64,000 nt of DNA from Catajapyx aquilonaris (taxonomy: Eukaryota), in contig KZ538385.1 in assembly GCA_000934665.2 (NCBI GenBank), positions 1 to 64,000 of the forward strand. Reading direction: 5' to 3'. The stretch's first letter is position 1. Each line of letters begins with the position of its first letter. The notes below the pieces were generated by a model. It worked only from the letters and a program-made list of their open reading frames with translations, did no database searches and was not told where the DNA came from. Both the position numbers and the translations under genes were made by a program. This document shows positions 26,201 to 35,178 of the stretch, piece by piece.

Positions 26201-28762
26201 CACCCTGTGATATAAGAATGGACAAAAACCCTTGGAAGTAATATTCCGTAGAGTAACGAACCGTGAGGTATGTGTTTAAAGTGCGCTACTTTCCATGGTC
26301 TGATTAGGTCTTAAAATTCAATCCATCTCAAAACTCTTCCTTTCACTTGCTTTCTCCGAATAATGTGCTAGTATTAATAGTCCGTTTCTACACACATTCC
26401 GGACATGTTTTTACAAATCACTGCAATTGATGCTTGGTGTTAGGTGAAAGCTCTTGAAAAACCTCTCAATCCAGCCACACGTTTTATAAGGTCGTATTGA
26501 AAGGGTGATTGAGTGTTAGGTACTTTTTACGAGGCGGTTGAAAAGCCACTGTGGCCACACTATAAAAAGTTTGTCATCTCAAAACTCCTCCCCATTTAAC
26601 GACCGACTGAATTATAGACGTCTGGGGTGTGCGGGGGGGGAAAAAGATGGCCGCCTAAAAAAAAACCCCCTTTCGGCAGCCGTTGAAGATAAGGAAGTTT
26701 CTGAAGAAGAGTTGGATTCATTGGAAATGCATGAGAGCGACGCTGTTTTTTTTTGTGGGGGACTATAGAGAAACGTGGGTGCAATATTGGGGGAAGCTGG
26801 ATCAAGAGATGATTTCCCGTTGGCTTTAAACATGTGTCAGAGGGATGTGACGTCACAGGGATATTCTTATGACAGTACCTGGAAATTCCGATAGAAATTG
26901 TGAGCTTCTGTGAGCGGAATAAATATGTGCGGAAACGTGTGCCAAAATGCGAGTTGACAGTATTGTGCGCAAGAGATATTCTGGGGGTGTTGCCTGGACT
27001 TCTGAATATTTATTGAGAATTTATGTGCGCAGTTTGAGCCAGAATATGAATAACCTTGAAGTTTGGCCTGGCTTTGAATTATGGGATTTTTTTTACGAAA
27101 TTTTAATGTGTCCGTTGCATATTAATATATTTTCGACAATGGTGATACATCATAAAATTTGCTGGTCAGCAACAATACATTTCTTCAAGGAATTCCGTCA
27201 CTTTCTCCAAAATAGTTTCTTCAGTGCGGAGAATAACACGGCTTTCTGGCCATTTTGTTCATACCAAAAGAAAATGTTAAAAAAATAAAAGCTCGTTCCA
27301 TTTGGCTCCCTGAAACACCCTGTTCCAACTCGGTGTGAAAACCGGATTCACCCCCCCTTCCCGAATAAAAAGATTCCGGAGATAAGCTTTGTGCAAGGGA
27401 ATTATTCCTTTTCAAACCCATCAGATTGGAAGCGTAGCCAAGCGAGCCAATTTTTATTCCTTGCTTCAATAACACGCTCAATTCCATTCGCTTATTTTTT
27501 TTAAAAAAAAGGCGCTGTTAAAATGAAACTGCTTGGTCTCCCCCAAAAAAGAGCCATTAATTTTAAAGTCGAATCCGGATTTTGAGTGAATAATATAGTG
27601 AGGATTCGCATTGCGGATGTGCATTCATTTGTATAGTCAAGCGATGTAAAACTTGCCAACCGCGAAGTCGTAAAAATTATTATCTCAACCTTCAACTATT
27701 CTTGTTATCTTTGCAGTAACCTGCTGTTGCAATTGAAAAAAAAATCTAGCATTTGTTGCTAGTAATGACCTTCACATATCCTGTACTATGTATACTAACT
27801 TGTTATGGTTGCTGAAGTTTGAACTATGCACAGATGTGGTGTGATGAAAGTACAGTTTCTCCATACCCCATTTTTTTGCCAATGTTGGCGAAAGGGTGAT
27901 TCCCTATTAGCTTAAATGTATGAAATTGGCAGGTATTGGCATCGGACACGTACACAAAAAAGCGAGAGGAAGAATAGGTATCGGACGTGACGCTAGAAGA
28001 GTAATGGGTTTGACGGAAAAGGGCGATGAAAGTGGGGCAAAAGTGGAGCATTGTTTGATGATGATCATTTTCTCGCAATCAGGTGACGTGGACGACTGTA
28101 TAGCCGAGCCGATTCTTCAGGGACAGTTCACGCCGCTGCCTGAGGCCCTGTGCTGGGTCATCCTGGAGCTGACCTCTGCAGGACATGTGGCTTTCATGGA
28201 CGCCATCTGCACGGCCCTTCAACAAGCCTTTCCAACAATGGTCAAGCCTAGCAGGGAGCTCATATACGAAACTCTAGAAAAGCTGATTCGCGACAGAAAG
28301 GTAGGGAAACTGACCAGGGTCCAACATGGCTGATGTCATATCCCCTGGTGCATTAGTCTGGGCCGCCCCTCTTTCAAGCCTCATTAGTTCTAATGCGAGA
28401 GAGCCGTGCTTGGGCAAATGAAGCAGACCAATTCAGCTAACTTTGCCTTCAATTAGTTTGGGGGACACCCCTCCAGTGGACATCGATCGGACAAGCTTTG
28501 TTTTTTTTTTTAAAAAAGACGGGACACCAACGCATGCTTATTTTCACTGCAGGTCTACCAGACAGCCAACGGTTATTTCATCGTGACCCCTGACACCCTT
28601 CGCTACATGACGGGTCTGAGTGACCCCAAGAGACCCATCCTGATGAGCAACGAGGAGGCCATCGCTTACATGCACGGTGCATCCGAGACGCTGAGGGATG
28701 GACGTCGGGTCCACGAGGCCATACAGACCAATTTGGCCGATGTACTTGTTGGAGGTAGGTTG

Positions 28763-28810
<48 letters not shown>

Positions 28811-31800
28811 AGAATTGGCTTAACCCTGTGCCTCTGTCAGGGGCGAGTCATCACCACTCAGCTATGATTTTTTTTTTACAAGCGCAACCGAGTGCGCACC
28901 GACACTCGCGCAGCTCAGTTGTTCTGACAACGTTGCTGTAGTTACTCCCCAAGGGCCAAAGTCACACTCGCAGCATCCAGAGAGGTTCGTTCCAAAGCAT
29001 TGTCAACGTCGCAAACGTCGGCCATTTTGTTTTCACCAAAGCGTAGCGTTGGAAATAAGTGCAATGCAGTACACCCATTAAGCCGCGTTTACATGCGAGC
29101 GATTTATCAGCGATGTACTATCGCTCAAAAAGATACATGCGATTTGGTTTCAATGCAAATTCGCCTCTATCTTTTTGAGCGATATAGCAATATATTTTCG
29201 CGCCAAACAATTGGTCTCATCGCTAGGCGATAACATCGATGATCAAATCGCTCGCCTTTAAACGCGGCTTTATACAGAGAGATTACCAACTATTGTTGAT
29301 AATGCCAACCGTGCACATTGCGCGAGATGTGATGCGCACTGGATTGCGCTCGCCCTGAGAGTGACAGTAGCGTGCCATCTATGTGAGGAATATGATACTG
29401 CATGGACATGGACAGTGTTGCCAAGTTTAGGCTAACTAGACACCAGATTGTCCCAGATCGTGTCCGGTTCGTTCCCGTTTGGTTGGCGCCATAACAGGAG
29501 CTTTGTTCGTACAAGTTAACAGGTTCGTTAGGCCCGTTCTTAACTGGTATGTCACGCTGAGAAGGTCACGGTGAAGGTTACTTCCCAGGATTAATGGGCA
29601 TGGCAACCAAATATTGCGAGAATCTCAAGGACCCCAGCATTGCTTGGCAGGTGTGCAACACACACGTCACTCGAGGAGGAGACATACCTTTCATTAACTG
29701 CTCGTGATTCTTGTTAACCTCCCAATTTTTCATTGTTGGATGGGGGTGTTAGCGTGCTTGCTCGTAGGTGCGTGCAAGTCGCACCTCTATATAGTTGGCG
29801 TGCGATTTAGACGCACAGGAAGTAGCAGCTCCCTCTCTAGCTTAATTAGGGCCGAGGGAGTGGAAGTGACAAGTGAAAATTGGAGGGTGCTCCGATAATG
29901 AAACTTGGAGGCAGAAGGTGCTTCAACCTCGCCCACCGGATTTTCCCTGGGGAGTCTTTGAGTTATCGTGGAACAAAACGTTGGCTGCTAATAAATTCAG
30001 CCCGGATTTTTTTTTAATATTTTTTTTTAATGCGAGATTTTTTTTTTGGCGTGACATGCCATTTTTTGCGAACGGCCTTGCAAGCAGGTGAGATGACATC
30101 ACGACTTGTTGCTCATAACGTGTTCTCCCGCCTAGTTTTCTTTTTCTTATCACTTGGTCCATAATTCAGATACGCACACTTACTAGGCAAGGTGGAGAAG
30201 ATTGTTCAGCAAAAATTCAACGCTGGAGAATGATTAATGTGGGGCTGTTTTTTTTTTTTTTTAATGCGAACTTAATGGAAATGCCAATGGCCCAACGTAT
30301 GGTACACAAGCAAAGGGCATGGTCAAAATCTAGAGTCGAGATCTCCAGTCTTGTGGGGAGGGTTTTTGGCCAGATTCAATTGATAAGCTGAGACAGTCTG
30401 ACGATTTGAGATACGATCGTGATTTATTGCCATTAATTTGCTGACGGTATCATTTCTGATGAAATTCAACGTAATGTAGTTTTGGCTGCTACTGTTGGCG
30501 ATGGCGGACCACCCAAATTGCGGCTCATATTCATGAAAAATTATTCTTTTTTTTTTTGCAGAGAATCCATCCGATAAGGTCATGTTCGGACGTCTTCGAG
30601 CTGAGAATCGAGTCGGAAGTTTGGGTCGCCTGGAGAGGCGCCATTCCTTGAAGCTTTTCCGTGGAGGAAGAGCGTTGGGGTCAAGGGAGACTCTTAGGGC
30701 CGGAGGGTCACTTCGACTGTCCCCGTCTCGAGCACGACAACTGGCCTCCATGCTGACCGAATGGGACGACCACAGTCCTCAGGAGGACCTGAAGAGCAAG
30801 TCAGACGCTGGAGAGACACCAGTTAAAGGTGATGTTGCAACTATGCACACCAAATGGCAACCATGCGCAGCAAATGGCAACCATGCACAGCAAATGGCAA
30901 CCATGCACACGAAACGGCAACCATGCTCTCACCAAGTGGCAACAATGCTCACCAGGGTTGCCATATTGCATGAAATTACATGCCAGTAGGCTTAAACTAA
31001 ATTAGCAATTTGTCACTAACTTATCGGTACATAGATGAAGATTTCCCACTGTTCTGGCGCAATTAGTGCAATTGGCCTGTAAGTCATACACTTTAAAAAA
31101 TATCAATAATGAGTGTTGGTGAGGCATGTGGCAACGCTGTGTGCATACATCCAGACAGCGTTGCCATTTTTGATTTACGACACGTAAATTGCATGTTTCT
31201 CTTGTGTAATCAGCGTCATATCCTTGACGATGTCTGGAATCGACGTGTTGCAACCATCGACTTCTCACTGTATTATCTGGTAACAAGGAAGCTGGTCATT
31301 GCGGCGTGAAGGAGATCGAACCCAATTAAAAACCATGTGCCGGATGGACAAACAACGTCCAACATTAATGACCAGGCCATGTTTGTGCGGAAAACCGCTC
31401 CGCTCAGCATCCAAATTTATGAACGTCCAGGGATTGGATATAGGGGGGGAGGACACAGAGAGTCACGTCATAATTTTTTACGACCCCACGTGCAATACAT
31501 CGCATAATTGCAACCCGCAGGTGACGAAGGCTCAGGCAGTATTTTGCATCCAATTTGGTGGATCCTTTTCTCCCACCAACACAACTTTCACCATGCAAAA
31601 TAAAAGTTGCACAGTTTTGAGTTGCGAACCGCAAAAGGGGCTCGAACCGTCAAAAAAAGATTCGGATCTTGTCTTCGTGACGAGAGAGTCGGAATGATGC
31701 GTGACGCAAACGACCGATGCCTGATGAGAGGTGCGGGTAAAATGAAAAAAAAGAGGAGAGGAAGACCCCACGAAGCGTATTTTAGTCCGACATGACCCCC

Positions 31801-34800
31801 TCAGGTGTGCTTAATTGGTCGCGGAAGAGACGGTTTCCTGGGTGCCATTCATGTGCAGCGAAAGTGAAGAAAAGTTACGAAAGACTCTAACTAGAGTGTT
31901 GCAGACGCATTTGTTCAACTAAGAAAATATTTCATGATGAATATTTCACAGTGTTTGATTATTTCGAGTCTATAGAGTCTATTTCTCTGAAAGGTTTTCC
32001 ACCTTTCAAGGGGATAGTGCTGGTGATGCGATTTGTCTGCTGATTAGCTCAGACTCAGATGTCCAAAGTTGATTTGGCAGTGCTGCTTTTGGCCAGAAGG
32101 GGAGAGAGAGAGAGGCTGCATGAGGGTGCGCTTCTGCTGGGATGATGAGATAGACAGAAAATGGGAGGGTAGGAAGAAAGGGAATTCCATCGATTAGTCC
32201 ACCCAAAGCTAGCCTAGGATTTTGGTCAGGATCCAAAAATATTCTCGGACCTCTGCTGGAATTGTCTGGGTTTGCAATGCGAAGCGCTAGCCAAATTTTT
32301 GCAAGTCAAAAATTGGAAATGATAAACGTGATAAAACCGGATACATGTCAAGAGCAGGTATTAAAGTTATGGTTCAGTGGAAAAAGTTGACTAATTTTTA
32401 TGCAACCGGCTTTGAGATGTAATCCCACGGTTTTAAAGTTTACAACGGCAACAGAGCCTTTGGAGCAGGCATATGGATAACGGGAACAAACGGCTTGGTT
32501 TTAATGCACCAGTGAAAGTAAATACCACAGCAGTACACTGTGATAGTAATTTATAGTCGGCGTCTATTATGGATGTTCCCCCACGCATAATTCAAGAGCG
32601 GCGTTGCCAGTTTTGCTGCAGTGCTCGCTGATATAGGCCTATAGATTTTTTTTATACTCAACCGAGTGCGCACCCACACTCGCGCAAGTCCATTGTTTCG
32701 ACAACAACATGGGACCATCGGCCATGTTGGAGACAATTTGCGCGAACTGTGTTGCGCACTCGGTTGCGCTCATAAAAGGTTCATAGGTATTAAAATGGGT
32801 ACACGAAACTGACTGTTTTGTTCTTTTCCAGAGCGGTTCTCCCTGTTCAGCCGTCTGTTCAGACGCAGCCAGAACAACCAGAAAAGACCACCGACAGCGA
32901 CCTTCTCAGCGCAGTTCCCTCCCCAAGAATGGTCCGATCCGGAGGTGACCCACCTGCACTCAATCGGCACCCAGACAAGGACCAAGACGCGAAGGGACAG
33001 CACGGCCAACAACACCGACGCAGCAACAACAACCGCGGTTCAACAGCAACAACAGGACCGACCGTCTTCAGGGACGCCTCCTCAACAGCCCCGATGCGAG
33101 TCCAGAAACAGCGTACGTTGGGAGGACGAGATGACCTCTCTTCGATCAGGCAACAGTCTTCCGAGGCGGCAGAAGACGGCGGCGGTCCAAAGCAGTGGCA
33201 GCCAGGCGTCTTCTCCGCAGCAGCAACAACCGACGGCACCGACGCCGCCGGAGTCTTCCAGTCCGAAACGACAACCTCAGGGATCGCCCAGTAGGACACT
33301 CACCGGATACCAGTCGCCGTACAGGTCACCCAGCAAACCGGCTGTCACCACGTCGTCAACATTGGGCAGGGCGACGGTGACGCCCGCGACGGCACCGACG
33401 TACCAGTTCCCACGGTACACAGCCAACTACCAATCGCCGTTCAAAGTAACGTCAGCCAGACCGTTTTCGTACACATCGGCGTCCACACTGTTCGGGGCCA
33501 AACCGCAAGACAAGACGTCGCTACCGCCCCCTCCACCGCCGCCGCCACCACCAGTGACAGACGCCAAGGTGACAACCCCGTCAGTGGTGACATCAGTGAC
33601 ATGCAGCTTCAAATCGCATCAGTCACCAACAAAAACGTACATAATCTGCCAACCCAAACCGACAGCGACGGAGGAGACGGAAAAGGGCGTCGCGACGTTG
33701 GTGATCAACAACAAGGCGAACAAGCCCGAGCGTCCGACGTCTCTGTACGGGATGAAGAACAGCAACCCGAACGTGGCCGTATCTGTCCAGCAGGACAACA
33801 AGGACGAGGAGGAATCCGGGCACAAGCTGGCCCAGAGCGAGCCAAGCAGTCCAAGCCCGGAGAAGAGGAGCCCGGAGCCATGCTACATCCTGGTTCGAGA
33901 TGCCTCCAACAAGCTGACCAACAACAACAACTCGATGAACAACAGCTCCAATCTCCTGCAGTCGCCCAGCAAGTGCGAGGCCCTCAGCTTCAAGAACGTG
34001 CTGCACGACAAGAGCAACACTTTTCTGGCCAACCACAAGACCGGAGGGTACGGGTACATCGAGAACATCGGAAAAGGCATCGGAGCAGCTGCAGGACCAT
34101 CCGGAATCACCCCAGGGTCAACTGTTGTGGAATTGCCTGTATTATTTCAAACCTTTGGCCTCCCGTAGCGACGACATTGAGTTCCAATAGGTTGTGACAA
34201 GGGTTGCTCTAAAGCCCGTTGGAAGGACGCCATTTTGAGTCAAAAATGCGAGCGATGGAACTTCTTGCTTCGCCTTGAAGCAAGTGGTCTAAAATGCTTA
34301 GATTATTTAGTACTATACATATGTGTTTGAATTTTGTTTAAAATACGTATTATATGGAACAAACAAACAAACTTTGACTCTTATATGAACGAAATGGGTA
34401 CCCGCATGAATTGGGCATAGAATGAGTATGGAATGGGACAAACAAACATTGCCTTTTAATTCTTCTAGACATATAAATAAATGGGTATGAAAAGGGTATA
34501 GCCTAAATCGCGCATAAAATTACGATTAATTGGGTGTAAAATGAGTGAGATGGGACAAACAATCACTGCCTTTTATACACATAGATACATGGGTATGAAT
34601 TAGGTATGAATTGGGTATAAAAAGGGTAGGCTATAAAAGGAATATGAAATGAGACAAACTTTGTATTTTATACAGACTTATGAAAATCCAGTATGAAAAT
34701 AGGTATGAAATTGGACAAACAAACAAGCAAACTTTGCCTTTTATGTGATGTACAAGGATAAATAGATACTGTATGTCAGGTTTTGGCAATACCGACCGTC

Positions 34801-35178
34801 TAATATTGCATTTTGCTTCCAAATGGTGTCGTTTGCTTCGAGGACGTGGCCCTGGCCAGAAAGATTGGACCCAATGACCGTTTCTTGGGAGGTTACATCC
34901 AAATTTCGCAACGAGCCTCACCTTTTTAACACCGATTTTGACCTTTTTTGCAGGTCACAAAGCCGACAACAGCATCAACTACCCCAGGGAGCGACGATGG
35001 AGTTTCGGTGTGCACTTACCCAAGTCTGAGCGACCTAACTGTGAGTTTCAAGTCCATCACGGGTCAGAGGATACTGAAGGGCGTCAGCGTCAACAGTGTC
35101 GACACACTCCTGGAGGTCAACATGGTGGCAGAGCAGAAGCACAACAACTGCGAGGTCACTGATTTCGGTGTCGTCTAA
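10975..35178 (+). CDS. Stox: Storkhead-box winged-helix transcription factor (STOX1/STOX2 family, Drosophila knockout-like), multi-exon gene span
   Basis: The spliced exons carry motifs I recognise from the STOX family: CFWNP..AWARRVL, QFTPLPEALCWVI..IYETLEKLIRDRKVYQTANGYFIVTP (storkhead box), QTNLAD, FSAQFPPQEW and YPSLSDL. Five consecutive GT-AG junctions keep the frame (phases 0,1,0,1,1). Exons 1-6 read to the stop at 34168 total 2499 nt, i.e. 832 aa. Confidence 0.93.
11436..11548 (-). mobile_element. MITE family A, partial copy
   Basis: Contains gcgcgagtgtgggtgcgcaatcggttgcgctcgtttaaaa, the reverse complement of the family left end. Confidence 0.75.
14641..15117 (+). mobile_element. MITE family A copy with a nested family B-like insertion
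   Basis: Left end acgagcgcaaccgagtgcgcacccacactcgcgcagctcc. The family sequence resumes after about 14972 and runs to gataatgccaaccgtgc. Confidence 0.85.
14738..14971 (+). mobile_element. Nested hairpin element related to family B
   Basis: Inverted ends ccttgcaactcctac / gtgggagttgcaggg, internal inverted arms at 14780-14806 and 14888-14914, and TAGCC on both sides. It shares ccataaggct.gggt.ggag with the copies at 8.1 and 45.3 kb. Confidence 0.7.
15395..15590 (+). CDS. Stox: STOX-like coding exon 2 (GFQECNLRCFWNPTL...AWARRVLKAPSNYVITLV)
   Basis: Acceptor ttttcttcttccag ends at 15394 and donor G|GTAAGT starts at 15591. The 196-nt exon ends in phase 1. It encodes the N-terminal block conserved in STOX1/ko-type proteins. 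Confidence 0.92.
19333..19862 (+). mobile_element. MITE family A copy with a nested insertion
   Basis: Degenerate family termini plus the internal blocks cgtagcgttggaaataagtgcagcg and gcgcgaactgtggtgcg. Confidence 0.8.
19512..19744. mobile_element. Nested MITE with 35-bp terminal inverted repeats
   Basis: TIRs tagagagcctcgagtcaaagaatcgccaacttctg / cagaagttggcgactctctgactcgaggttctcta (3 mismatches). Host sequence cagtacacac appears on both sides. There is also an internal hairpin with two TGACGTCA motifs. Confidence 0.8.
23145..23220 (+). repeat. Short interspersed repeat family G (second copy at 48632-48705)
   Basis: Both loci share atagatggc...acactcctgccact...tgcggg...tggtactatca. Confidence 0.55.
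24117..24390 (+). mobile_element. MITE family A copy
   Basis: Begins actatagatgaatt...gcgcacccacactcgcgcagctcc and ends gcgcgaactgtggtgcgcaatcgtaaaa. Confidence 0.85.
25734..25785. repeat. Perfect 52-bp palindrome with a (CTAGGCCTAG)3 core
   Basis: accacatggagctaggcctagctaggcctagctaggcctagctccatgtggt equals its own reverse complement. Confidence 0.95.
28083..28300 (+). CDS. Stox: STOX-like coding exon 3, N-terminal part of the storkhead-box winged helix
   Basis: AG at 28081-28082 and donor AAG|GTAGGG at 28301. Encodes GDVDDCIAEPILQGQFTPLPEALCWVILEL...LIRDRK. Confidence 0.95.
28553..28754 (+). CDS. Stox: STOX-like coding exon 4, C-terminal part of the storkhead box
   Basis: Acceptor ttttcactgcag ends at 28552 and donor GAG|GTAGGT starts at 28755. 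Encodes VYQTANGYFIVTPDT...QTNLADVLVG. Confidence 0.95.
28763..28809. repeat. (TCA)n microsatellite
   Basis: About 15 perfect TCA units starting 8 nt after the exon 4 donor. Confidence 0.97.
28862..29352 (+). mobile_element. MITE family A copy with a nested Harbinger-like MITE
   Basis: Inverted termini gcgcaaccgagtgcgcac / gatgcgcactggattgcgctc plus the family internal blocks. Confidence 0.85.
29081..29269. mobile_element. PIF/Harbinger-like (Tourist-type) MITE
   Basis: TIRs agccgcgtttacatgcgagcgattt / aaatcgctcgcctttaaacgcggct, flanked by TTA on both sides (29078-29080 and 29270-29272). TTA/TAA is the established PIF/Harbinger target duplication. Confidence 0.8.
30562..30828 (+). CDS. Stox: STOX-like coding exon 5 (ENPSDKVMFGR...LERRHSLKLF...ETPVK)
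   Basis: Strong T-rich acceptor ends at 30561 and donor AAG|GTGATG starts at 30829. Phase 1 at both ends matches both neighbouring exons. Confidence 0.88.
30836..30953. repeat. 20-bp minisatellite (caaatggcaaccatgcacag), about 6 units
   Basis: Exact 20-nt period visible at 30851, 30871, 30891 and 30911. Confidence 0.9.
32639..32777 (+). mobile_element. MITE family A, internally deleted copy
   Basis: Both termini are present (caaccgagtgcgcac / tgcgcactcggttgcgctc) around a shortened interior. Confidence 0.8.
32832..34168 (+). CDS. Stox: STOX-like coding exon 6 (ERFSLFSRLFRR...FSAQFPPQEW, then a long S/T/P/Q-rich region); 3' boundary uncertain
   Basis: Acceptor ttgttcttttccag ends at 32831. 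The exon is in frame with the 407-aa ORF 32945-34168 and carries the FSAQFPP motif. The end given is the in-frame stop, but a donor before it is likely used to reach exon 7. Confidence 0.85.
34345..34745 (-). repeat. Repeat family F, about four degenerate units in the last STOX intron
   Basis: Recurrent gggtatgaa...ggacaaacaaac...tgccttttat units. Confidence 0.75.
34954..35178 (+). CDS. Stox: STOX-like probable terminal coding exon (VTKPTT...YPSLSDLTVSFKSITGQRIL...DFGVV*)
   Basis: Acceptor ccttttttgcag ends at 34953, with an in-frame TGA just upstream at 34939. Codon-like composition runs to TAA. The YPSLSDL..FKS..GQ.IL block resembles arthropod ko C-termini, from memory and not from a search. 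Confidence 0.78.
   Translation, partial: VTKPTTASTTPGSDDGVSVCTYPSLSDLTVSFKSITGQRILKGVSVNSVDTLLEVNMVAEQKHNNCEVTDFGVV

Noticed and set aside
28578..28811. Poly-Met ORF on the minus strand
   Set aside because: It is the translation of the (TCA)n microsatellite.
32818..34197. Overlapping ORFs of 135-198 aa in other frames and on the minus strand of exon 6
   Set aside because: They are shadows of a GC-rich, low-complexity real exon and have no independent splice or domain evidence.
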